Shown here piece after piece: positions 18,404 to 27,051 of a stretch of DNA of 64,000 bases. Made by a program: the position numbers and the translations under genes. The stretch lies in the NCBI GenBank assembly GCA_963699155.1, contig OY969414.1, positions 2,219,757 to 2,283,756 on the forward strand, read 5' to 3'. The DNA is from an uncultured Chlamydiales bacterium. Its GTDB lineage: Bacteria; Chlamydiota; Chlamydiia; Chlamydiales; JAAKFR01. Every line of letters begins with the position of its first letter. Positions within the stretch are counted from its first letter, which is position 1. The notes beneath the pieces are model-generated. The model saw only the letters and a list, made by a program, of their open reading frames with translations, made no database searches and had not been told where the DNA came from.

Positions 18404-21400
18404 ATGTTAAATTTTCAAGAGATGATCGCGAGGCTCACCCTGTTTTGGGCTGAGCAGGGTTGTGTAGTTCATCAGGGTTATGATCTGGAGGTAGGTGCGG
18501 GGACCTTTAACCCAGCCACCTTTTTACGCTGTTTAGGACCTGAACCCTATGCTGCCGTCTATGTGGAGCCTTCGCGTCGCCCTAAAGATGGCCGTTATGG
18601 GGAAAACCCCAATCGGGTGCAGTTCTACCATCAGATGCAGGTCATTCTGAAGCCCTCTCCCCCCAATGTACAAGATCTCTATCTGCAATCTCTGGAAGCC
18701 ATTGGATTTGATCTGTCGCAGCACGATATCCGTTTTGTCCATGATGACTGGGAAAATCCGACGATTGGCGCCTGGGGACTTGGCTGGGAGGTCTGGTCCG
18801 ATGGCATGGAGGTGACTCAATTCACCTATTTCCAAGCGGTCGGCGGAATCCCTGTCACCCCTGTCAGTGGAGAGATTACCTATGGCCTTGAGCGATTGGC
18901 GATGTATCTCCAAGGGGTCGACTCGATGTTCGATCTGAAATGGAATGACGAAGTCACCTATGGCGATATCTACAAACGGAACGAATATGAATGGAGCCAT
19001 TACAATTTCACTGAAGCCGACACAGCGATGTGGCTTCGCCATTTTGAGGACTTCGAGGCGGAAGCGAAAAGGCTGATCCGCAACAATTTCCCTATCCCCG
19101 CCTACGATTTTGTCATTAAATCCTCTCATGCCTTCAACATTCTCGATGCGCGTGGGGTCATCTCCGTCACGGAACGGACTGGCTACATTGCGCGGATCCG
19201 TGCACTCTCCAAAATGATGGCTGAAGCCTTTATCAAGAGTAGAGAAGAGTTAAAACATCCCCTTTTGAGAAATAACAAGCCGAAAGCCGATCTGCTTCAA
19301 ACCTTCTCTGTCACCAAAGAGTATATACCCAATGAACAAAGAGATTTCCTGCTGGAAATAGGCTCCGAAGAGCTTCCTGCAACCTTTGTTCCCATTGGAA
19401 TGCACCATTTAGAACAATTGATGCGTAATCTTTTACGCGATCATGGCCTCTCCTACCAGACGCTTGAGGTGTATGGAACACCGCGCCGTCTTTCACTCTT
19501 CATTAAAGGATTGGCCGGAGGAACAGCTCCTCAAAAGGTCGAGCGCAAGGGTCCTCCTGTCACTGCCGCCTTTGAAAGCGATGACACCCCGACGATGGCA
19601 GGAGCCGGTTTTTTCCGGAGCCTCGGAGACAAATGCCCCGAATTGCCTCGATTATCTGCAATTGAAAGGGGAGAAATATCGGCAGTCGAAGTCCGCAAAA
19701 TTAAAGAGACTCCCTACCTCTTTGCCACCTATGAAGAGAAAGGCATTTCGACACGTGCCCTGCTCGCCGAACATCTGCCCAAAATCATTTTAGGGATCGA
19801 ATTTCCCAAAAAGATGCGCTGGTCCGATTTGGAAATCGAATATGCTCGCCCCTTACGCTGGATTGTCTCCCTTTATGGCCAGGAGGTCATTCCCTTTGTT
19901 GTCGGTAACGTTATGGCTTCAAACCACTCCTACGGCCATCGCCAATTGTCACCAGGATCTATTCTCATCTCCGAACCCAAGGATTATCTCAAAGTGCTGC
20001 GTCAAGGCTTTGTGATGGCAGATGTGAAAGAGAGGCAAAAATCGATACTCGATCAAATTGTTCAAATCGAAAGCACTCTTCAGGGCCAGGTAGCGGTGCG
20101 CGAACGTGTGATGCCGCAAGTTCTCCATCTCGTGGAATGGCCCTTTTTGGCAGTTGGCCACTTTGATGAAAAATTCCTCCAAGCGCCCAAAGAAGTGCTC
20201 ATTTCAGAAATGGTGGAGCATCAGAAATATTTCCCCGTTGTCTCAACAGATGGATCGCTACAACCCCATTTTGTCATCGTTTGCAATAATAGACCCTCAG
20301 ATTTGATACGGGCAGGCAATCAGAAAGCGCTCTCTCCACGGCTCGCTGATGGCATGTTTCTCTATGAAGAAGATCTGAAGGTTCCTCTCGAAAAGTTTAA
20401 TGAAAAACTCAAGTCGATGACCTACCAGAAAGAGCTGGGAAGCGTATGGGACAAAGTTAAAAGGGTGCGATCGATCGCAGAAATGCTCCATACCTACCTA
20501 CCGATATGTGACACGCAACACTTACTACGGTCTGCACAGCTCTGCAAAGCCGACCTCGCCTCCCTCCTCGTAGGGGAATTCCCCGAATTGCAGGGCACAG
20601 TCGGCAAACTTTATGCTTTAAAACAGGGTGAGGAGCCAGAAGTGGCCCTCGCTATCGAAGAGCACTGGATGCCGCGGGGTGAAAAAGCTCCCCTGCCAAA
20701 AACGGCTTGTGGAGTACTCCTCAGCCTTGCTGAAAAGATGGATAACTTTATAGCCTGCTACGCACTCGATCTAAAGCCTACCTCATCGAGCGACCCGTAC
20801 GGTCTGCGTCGACAAGCGATCGGCTTATTGAAAATAGTGATTGAAAACAACTACCATCTGCCGCTCAAAAAAGCCTTCAAACAGGCTTTTGAGCTATTTA
20901 TCCGCTCACCTGACATTCCCCATAAGCTTGTGAAACATCTGCAAGACCACCACGAAGCTCTTCTCGATGAAATCTTTGCCTTTCTCGCCTCTCGCTTCCG
21001 CTCTATCTTACAAGACTATGGCTTTGGCAAGGATGAGATCGAAGCCTCTCTCGTCCATGATCTGGACGATGTCTACGATCTCTATCGAAGGCTGGAAGGG
21101 CTCCACCGCTATCGCAAAGAGAACCATGCCGATTTCCTGAAGCTGCTCGAAGTGCATACGCGCACCAAGAAAATCCTCTTCAGTCAAAACCCCCACCTCG
21201 CCCCTTCTAGGGAGGTGAGCCAGCTCGTCAAAAAACGGACACCGGTCAACCGCTACCCTACGGTCGATCCCGCTCTATTACATGAACCCAGCGAGAAAAA
21301 ACTCTTCCAAATTCTCGAAAAGACCAAAGAGCAGCTCCACACAGAACTTGTCGACCGCCGCAATCCAGAAAATCACCAATGGCGTGAAGCCTTCGCCTTA

Positions 21401-21565
21401 GTTTCGAGCCTCCATAAGCCCCTCAGTGAGCTTTTCGACCAAGTCAAAATCATCGATGATGATGAAAACTTACGCACCAACCGCCTCTCCCTCCTCCAGG
21501 AAGCGTGGGACATCACCGAAGAGCTCCTCGACTTCAGCAAAATCCAAGAACACGCAGCGCTATAA
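18404..21565 (+). CDS. glyQS: glycine--tRNA ligase, fused alpha/beta
   Basis: EVGAGTFNP and EITYGLERL (alpha); [10 protein letters not shown] and [10 protein letters not shown] (beta) in one ORF. Confidence 0.97.
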   Translation: MLNFQEMIARLTLFWAEQGCVVHQGYDLEVGAGTFNPATFLRCLGPEPYAAVYVEPSRRPKDGRYGENPNRVQFYHQMQVILKPSPPNVQDLYLQSLEAIGFDLSQHDIRFVHDDWENPTIGAWGLGWEVWSDGMEVTQFTYFQAVGGIPVTPVSGEITYGLERLAMYLQGVDSMFDLKWNDEVTYGDIYKRNEYEWSHYNFTEADTAMWLRHFEDFEAEAKRLIRNNFPIPAYDFVIKSSHAFNILDARGVISVTERTGYIARIRALSKMMAEAFIKSREELKHPLLRNNKPKADLLQTFSVTKEYIPNEQRDFLLEIGSEELPATFVPIGMHHLEQLMRNLLRDHGLSYQTLEVYGTPRRLSLFIKGLAGGTAPQKVERKGPPVTAAFESDDTPTMAGAGFFRSLGDKCPELPRLSAIERGEISAVEVRKIKETPYLFATYEEKGISTRALLAEHLPKIILGIEFPKKMRWSDLEIEYARPLRWIVSLYGQEVIPFVVGNVMASNHSYGHRQLSPGSILISEPKDYLKVLRQGFVMADVKERQKSILDQIVQIESTLQGQVAVRERVMPQVLHLVEWPFLAVGHFDEKFLQAPKEVLISEMVEHQKYFPVVSTDGSLQPHFVIVCNNRPSDLIRAGNQKALSPRLADGMFLYEEDLKVPLEKFNEKLKSMTYQKELGSVWDKVKRVRSIAEMLHTYLPICDTQHLLRSAQLCKADLASLLVGEFPELQGTVGKLYALKQGEEPEVALAIEEHWMPRGEKAPLPKTACGVLLSLAEKMDNFIACYALDLKPTSSSDPYGLRRQAIGLLKIVIENNYHLPLKKAFKQAFELFIRSPDIPHKLVKHLQDHHEALLDEIFAFLASRFRSILQDYGFGKDEIEASLVHDLDDVYDLYRRLEGLHRYRKENHADFLKLLEVHTRTKKILFSQNPHLAPSREVSQLVKKRTPVNRYPTVDPALLHEPSEKKLFQILEKTKEQLHTELVDRRNPENHQWREAFALVSSLHKPLSELFDQVKIIDDDENLRTNRLSLLQEAWDITEELLDFSKIQEHAAL

Positions 21566-21638
21566 TCTGTCTAGCATTCTGTCCATTTGTCCGAAAGGCA
21601 CATGGTTTACAACTTATCTACCCACATAGTTTTCTTCT

Positions 21639-21879
21639 AACCTGAGTTTTGGGTTGATTTCCCTCGCAATCAGAGGAGTTTTTCGAGATGAGCTTGGTTT
21701 TTTTTTGCGAAGTTCATAGCCGAAGGCGACAAGGTACCTCGAAAGAGCTCCGGCGGAGCTCTTACGATGGGTTGTCCGAGAGTGACGTAGTCACCGAGGG
21801 GATTATTAACGAGCAAAAAAAGACAAGATCAGCCGAAAAAGTCCCTGAGTGTGAGCGAAATCAACCCAAAACTCAGGTT
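21639..21879. mobile_element. 241-bp MITE-like palindromic element
   Basis: Perfect 23-bp terminal inverted repeat aacctgagttttgggttgatttc; imperfect pairing continues inward; small central hairpins. Confidence 0.8.
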
Positions 21880-21977
21880 GGTAGGCTAGGGTCAGCAAGC
21901 CTTTATTTCGACATAGAATTAGGTACAGACTGCTAGCTTTTATTCAGATTGGTTATCTGGACAAACATCTTCAAATA

Positions 21978-22118
21978 TGGGTGGGAGAGGGGTTTGGGGA
22001 GGGGGGTGAGCGAAGCGAAGGGCCCTCCACATTCTATCCTTTAGCTCTCTCTTGTTTCTTTACTTGGGGAGGGCCCTTCGCTTCGCTCACCCCCCTCCCC
22101 AAACCCCTCTCCCACCCA
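21978..22118. repeat. G-rich perfect inverted repeat (51-bp arms, 39-nt spacer)
   Basis: tgggtgggagaggggtttggggaggggggtgagcgaagcgaagggccctcc and its exact reverse complement at 22068-22118. Confidence 0.9.
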
Positions 22119-22310
22119 GGCCTCAAGCCTTTTTTGGGCAAGCGATTCCTTTTTTCTCGGGGTATCTGAAATCTTTTCTCTTGGTCCCTAGATATATCGG
22201 TCCATAATAAAGTTCGATTATCCCATCAGCTACTTCTTTTAAGGCGACGCCTTCATGGCTCAATTTCCCACAGGATCTGATCCACCCACCCCACCCCTTT
22301 AGCCATTACA

Positions 22311-22353
22311 GGGCGGCGTAGAACGCCGCACTCCAGGGAGCGCTAACGCGCTC
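22311..22353 (-). repeat. REP copy 4
   Basis: 22311-22340 is the exact reverse complement of 7323-7352. Confidence 0.9.
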
Positions 22354-22421
22354 GAAGATTTCAGCTTCTTTACCCCGAGCGAGCGGAGCCGCCCTGCAAT
22401 GGACATAGACGCTCACTAGGC

Positions 22422-22452
22422 AAAAAAAAACGGTGAGTTTTCACTCACCGTT
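22422..22452 (-). terminator. intrinsic terminator of the OMP genes
   Basis: aacggtgagt-tttc-actcaccgtt stem with a minus-strand T-run. Confidence 0.8.
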
Positions 22453-22479
22453 AACTTTAAATCAAAATCTACTGATCGA

Positions 22480-23448
22480 CTAGAACGTATAACCGACGTT
22501 GAATGTGGCTATAACCGAGTGCCAATGAGTATCGGCCTCATAGTTATTAGGATTTCCATCAAACTCCTCGAGGTTTGTACCCTCTGTTAGAGTTGTTCTT
22601 GTTCTTTGATCCCAGATCGAGTACTTAAGTCCAAAGCCCCATGTCCAACCACAACTTAATGCATAAAGACCATCTAATCTAAACGATTGTCCTCGTGCAT
22701 TTCTTGATCGGAAGTGGTCAGGACCAAGGAACTCAGATGCAAGAACTGCATTGTCAGCTATATTAAATATACGGTCCTTAATTCTACCAAAGATATACTC
22801 ATAACCCGCAGTGAAAGCCCAATTGCAAGAGCTGAAGAAGAAATCGATCCCAATTAAAGGTCCGTAGAATCTGATATCTTCTTTCTGATGGTGGTTCTTA
22901 TTGGCTGGCCCAACACCTGGGATAAGATTTATACTATCTGAGACTAAGTTGACTAATTGGAAACGCAACTTATCATAACTATATCCCACAACAGGTGCCA
23001 TTCCTAAGCAATCATTGCAGGATAAGAGATAGCCAACAGCGCCAGCCGCATCCCAAGTATATCCACGCACTTCAGCGATAGTGACCTGAATGTTGTAAAT
23101 ACCATCTGTAAGAACCCCATAGTGTCCTCTACCACGGATGTAAAAATTTCCGAAAGAGAGGGCACCCTTCGCGCCAAACTGGGCTGAAGAAATATTTTCA
23201 TATCGCAGAGACTCTGATCCAGCGGTGAATGGATCTCCTCCAAAAGTTTCCACAAATTCAGACACTCTATCCCAACGATAACCACCATCGAAAACGAGGT
23301 AATTGAGGAAAGGACGGAAGAAATAGGATTGATTATAACAGCATTGGTTATCTAGGAAATATCCTTCGGCATAACCCTGCGTCGGCTGCCAGAATTGCAT
23401 CGCGGCGCTAAGCACTCCGATAGCAATACCCATTTTAAATTTTTTCAT
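22480..23448 (-). CDS. outer-membrane beta-barrel protein (MOMP/omptin-like)
   Basis: Signal peptide; amphipathic strands (APVVGYSYD); C-terminal Phe (NVGYTF). Confidence 0.8.
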   Translation of the reverse strand: MKKFKMGIAIGVLSAAMQFWQPTQGYAEGYFLDNQCCYNQSYFFRPFLNYLVFDGGYRWDRVSEFVETFGGDPFTAGSESLRYENISSAQFGAKGALSFGNFYIRGRGHYGVLTDGIYNIQVTIAEVRGYTWDAAGAVGYLLSCNDCLGMAPVVGYSYDKLRFQLVNLVSDSINLIPGVGPANKNHHQKEDIRFYGPLIGIDFFFSSCNWAFTAGYEYIFGRIKDRIFNIADNAVLASEFLGPDHFRSRNARGQSFRLDGLYALSCGWTWGFGLKYSIWDQRTRTTLTEGTNLEEFDGNPNNYEADTHWHSVIATFNVGYTF

Positions 23449-23514
23449 TCTAAACTCCTTGCATTAAGAAGGCTTATATATTTTTTTGATTTCATTTGTT
23501 AAATTTTCATCACT

Positions 23515-24492
23515 TTAAAAACCGAATCCGATTCTAGCCAGGGCTGAGAAGGAATCCCATGCGATTTCTGCTAAAATGTGTTCCTGAACTGAAGGATCAC
23601 TTGTACTAAAACCGTCGCTCGCTGTGGCATTCCATTCATTGTCATTACCCATATTTCTCCAGAATTGGTATTTCAGCTCGATGCCAAAATTCCAACCACC
23701 ACAGAACGTATAATATGACTCGATTCGGAAAAGATTTCCCCACATATTGTTGCTCTTCATATGCTGAGAGAATTCTGGTCCCGTTTCTTTTTCTCTCCAT
23801 GCTGCCCAGTGCAACTCATAGCCAAGGGCATAATCGATGCAAGAGTTGATGCGGAATAGAGTATCAAAGCCGACAAACGCGCTGTTAAAACGTTGTTTTG
23901 TCGTGATGTTGAACCTGGGGATTGATGGGACGGCAGTGAGATCATTCACTCTATTTTTGAAGCACATACTGTCATAGGAATAGCCGATCACTGGTGCAAT
24001 TCCCCAGCAGCGGGAGACATCAAAGAGATGGCCTAACGCCAGATTGACATCCCACATATTGCCGCATATATTTCCTTCTGCCAGTTGGTGAAAGGGAAAG
24101 CCAACTAGGCCATGTCGTAGTGGTGTATATTCCTTGTAATGTCCACTATTTCCAACGGGCTTACTCCAGTGAAATTCTCCACGGAAGTAGAAATTTGAGC
24201 AGGGGGCATTCCAAAGGCCGCTCAATCCCACTTGGACGCTATTGATATGTTTCATCTGTTGAAAGACACCAGTGAAAGCAAAGTTCGGATTGATTGGATT
24301 CTCAGCCCAAGCAACTGTGCTGAGTAAAAATTTATCCGATCTATACCCAATATCGAAGTCAAGAAAACTGCGTAAACCACAAGAGTTGTTGCAGTCGCCT
24401 TGCCAAAACTCTGCATGTGCAGTTGATGTAGTACCTAAACCGAGTAGGCACAACATTGCGCTTAGCGTTATCCCTTTTTTCATTTTTTTCAT
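23515..24492 (-). CDS. outer-membrane beta-barrel protein, paralog of 22480-23448
   Basis: GGAGG RBS, signal peptide MKKMKK...AHA; APVIGYSYD; C-terminal IGFGF; Cys-rich. Confidence 0.8.
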   Translation of the reverse strand: MKKMKKGITLSAMLCLLGLGTTSTAHAEFWQGDCNNSCGLRSFLDFDIGYRSDKFLLSTVAWAENPINPNFAFTGVFQQMKHINSVQVGLSGLWNAPCSNFYFRGEFHWSKPVGNSGHYKEYTPLRHGLVGFPFHQLAEGNICGNMWDVNLALGHLFDVSRCWGIAPVIGYSYDSMCFKNRVNDLTAVPSIPRFNITTKQRFNSAFVGFDTLFRINSCIDYALGYELHWAAWREKETGPEFSQHMKSNNMWGNLFRIESYYTFCGGWNFGIELKYQFWRNMGNDNEWNATASDGFSTSDPSVQEHILAEIAWDSFSALARIGFGF

Positions 24493-24729
24493 TTTTTTCG
24501 TTCCTCCAAATTGTCTCTCGATTAATTTTTCAGAAAAGCACACCGTCACAAAATACGTGACTTTCCTATAGATAACAATTTGTATGCCACCATAACTCAA
24601 ACCTTTCAGAAAATCTAGAAAAATTTAACGCATATTAACAAATCAAAAGAGCATGCATGAAAATGCGATTCGCATGCGATTGAAAGTGTGTTGGTTATTA
24701 TGAATGCCAAAGTGCAAGCAGAATGGTTA

Positions 24730-25128
24730 TTAGGGCAAAAATTTTTCGTTCGTCTTGGGCAAAGGCGCATGAAATGAAAAAAGATGGTAGCGATTCCGCG
24801 CAATCAAACGATAGAAGAGATCGGTGATGAAGGGGGGCAGAAATGAGAACCACCCAAGCCATGCATACTTTCCACCCAACTTCCAGAGAATACGGAGGGC
24901 GCCTTTTCCTTCGATGAGAATTTTCTCATCAGATGTGTTATAGTTGAGCAGCAAGACGAGTGTGTCGAGCTCGGGATTTTTTAAGTAGAGATGGGAGAGC
25001 TTTTTTTCTGCAGTAACCCCGTTGAGAGGGGCAAAATAGAAGAGGTTTTCTTTGTCTGCTTTTAATAGGAAGCGAACCATCCGATTGCAAAGAGGACAGC
25101 TCCCATCGTAGAAGATGACATGCTTCAT
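24730..25128 (-). CDS. DCC/DUF393 thiol-disulfide oxidoreductase family
   Basis: IFYDGSCPLC, FAPL, YRLIARNRY; alternative in-frame ATG at 25170. Confidence 0.9.
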   Translation of the reverse strand: MKHVIFYDGSCPLCNRMVRFLLKADKENLFYFAPLNGVTAEKKLSHLYLKNPELDTLVLLLNYNTSDEKILIEGKGALRILWKLGGKYAWLGWFSFLPPFITDLFYRLIARNRYHLFSFHAPLPKTNEKFLP

Positions 25129-25166
25129 TGAGGACAGCCCCCCCCCCTTCATAGAAGACACATGCT

Positions 25167-26903
25167 TCATTTAACTAGTGATGCGATTGTGCGGTGGGTT
25201 TTGAGGGCATCGAACTGTTTTGCCAGCTCCAGCACCTTCTCTTCGGAATGGCCCCCGCTTTGAATTTGCATCTTAACGGTCTCACGAATTTCCATCCATT
25301 CTCGATCGAGCAATTTTTGCACAGTCTCTAAAAAATGGGTTTCGGCCCTCTCTCGGTTCACTTTTTTCTGCAAGAGTTCATCGATCAGCGCAGGATCTTC
25401 GCAATTAGCGGCTAATGTGAACAGATCACTCTTTCCCTCGGTGAGGATTTTCTGAAAAAGGTGACGACAGGGGGGTGTCAGAAAATGTTTCTCAGTGAGA
25501 TATTTTCTTACCGTTGGCAAAAATCCCTCCCCCATCAAGAGCAGCCATCTCAATAGATCCAGCTCCAGAACCCTTTTAGGATCAATGGGGTTGAGAGTGA
25601 GTGCGGCATGGCTTCTCACAAAAGTGGGCGCAAAATGTTCATGCTTCACACCCACCATCTCTTCTGGAACGCGGATCAGAGAGGCCAGTTTACGCAGTGT
25701 CTCATGCACCAAAACAGGGTCATCCCACTCCCCAATCTGTTTTTTCAGCTGTTTCACCAATTCCGCCTTCCCTGCCGGAGAGTCGAGATTGAGCTCTCGT
25801 CCCAAATAACTCACCTGAAAGGCAAGATAGCTCTCCGATCGTTCGATCTCTTCGATCAAGCGAGCCGTGCCAAATTGGCTCAGATAGGCATCTGGGTCGC
25901 TCCCTTTAGGAAGATTGACCACAAAGACTTCGATCCCCCTTTTTTGAAGCAGATCGCCCACTTTAGAAGCAGCCGCTCTTCCCGCATCATCACCATCTAG
26001 AAGCAGATAGCCACTCCTCACTCCCAATTTCTGCAGCTCCTCTGCATGGCTTTCGCCAAAGGCAGTCCCCAATGCAGCGACACTCAAATTAAGACCTGCC
26101 TCGATCAATTTCAAACAGTCGATCTGTCCCTCAACAATGAGAGCCCTCCTCTCTTTGGCAATGCGTCGCCTACAGTAGTTGAGTCCAAACAAAATCCTCG
26201 ACTTCTTAAAGAGCTGAGTTTCAGGTGTGTTGATATATTTTCCGCCAAAAGTCTCTTCCTTATATTTCCGGGCCGAAAAACCGATCACAGCCCCCGCCGC
26301 ATTGCGTATAGGGAACGTAATTCTATCACGAAAGAAGGGCCTTGCCCCTCCCTCAACTAAAAGTCCCGACTCTACCAAGTGGGTCTCAAAGATCTTCTCT
26401 TTCCTCAGAAATGCCTTCAGTCCTGTCCCATCATTCGGGGCAATGCCCACCTCAAATCTCGCAATAAAATCGAGATTCAATCCCCTCTTAAATAAATAGT
26501 GGAGCGCCTCTCTCCCCTCCTCACTATATAATAATGTGGCGTGAAAGTAGTGGCAGGCCAAAGAGCAGGCCTCCTTCAATAAACTCTTATCTGTCCCCCT
26601 CTCTCCCTGATCCTGCCTCTCCAGAGGTACATGAAACCTCTCCGCCAATGCCTCAACGGCATCAACAAAACCTAAATTCATATGCTGCATCAGAAACTGA
26701 ATCGCATCTCCATGAGCTCCACAACCATAACAGTGGTAGTGGGTATCCCCTTTCTGGATCATAAAAGAGGGGCTTTTCTCCTGATGAAAAGGGCACAATC
26801 CCTTATGAGCCGCCCCCGCTCGCTTCAGATCGATATGAGCCGTCACGACCTCCAACAGGTCGATCTTCTCCTTCAGCCTCTCTAAACTCTCTTTCGTAAA
26901 CAT
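25167..26903 (-). CDS. dnaG: DNA primase
   Basis: CPFHQEKSPSF, CYGCG, KYINTPET, VEGQID, DGDDAG. Confidence 0.97.
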   Translation of the reverse strand: MFTKESLERLKEKIDLLEVVTAHIDLKRAGAAHKGLCPFHQEKSPSFMIQKGDTHYHCYGCGAHGDAIQFLMQHMNLGFVDAVEALAERFHVPLERQDQGERGTDKSLLKEACSLACHYFHATLLYSEEGREALHYLFKRGLNLDFIARFEVGIAPNDGTGLKAFLRKEKIFETHLVESGLLVEGGARPFFRDRITFPIRNAAGAVIGFSARKYKEETFGGKYINTPETQLFKKSRILFGLNYCRRRIAKERRALIVEGQIDCLKLIEAGLNLSVAALGTAFGESHAEELQKLGVRSGYLLLDGDDAGRAAASKVGDLLQKRGIEVFVVNLPKGSDPDAYLSQFGTARLIEEIERSESYLAFQVSYLGRELNLDSPAGKAELVKQLKKQIGEWDDPVLVHETLRKLASLIRVPEEMVGVKHEHFAPTFVRSHAALTLNPIDPKRVLELDLLRWLLLMGEGFLPTVRKYLTEKHFLTPPCRHLFQKILTEGKSDLFTLAANCEDPALIDELLQKKVNRERAETHFLETVQKLLDREWMEIRETVKMQIQSGGHSEEKVLELAKQFDALKTHRTIASLVK

Positions 26904-26970
26904 TCCCAAGATATTACTTCCCCATCCCCTAACCGTCAATGCCTCTCACACTCAATCACCTAAATCTTTT

Positions 26971-26999
26971 CTTTGCTTCTTCGCGTCTTTGCGTTGAAT
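26971..26999 (-). repeat. solo arm of the ACGCAAAG-octamer repeat family
   Basis: ctttgcttcttcgcgtctttgcgttgaat, same terminus as 30013-30025. Confidence 0.75.
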
Positions 27000-27051
27000 T
27001 ATTTCTTCAGCCCATTGACACGAAGCCTTACTATACCGTAGCCTTTTGGCT

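Larger units (their letters stand above)
21588..22263 (-). pseudogene. decayed IS481-family remnant
   Basis: TGT-initiated end at 21588-21634 resembles the IS481 end at 2882; minus frame 22123-22263 reads ...EGVALKEVADGIIELYYGPIYLGT..., matching EYVGLKKNAEEVTEVYYGPIYLGT of the intact transposase. Confidence 0.8.

Noticed and set aside
18404..21565. glyQ-glyS fusion as a novelty
   Set aside because: The fusion is the normal state in Chlamydiae.
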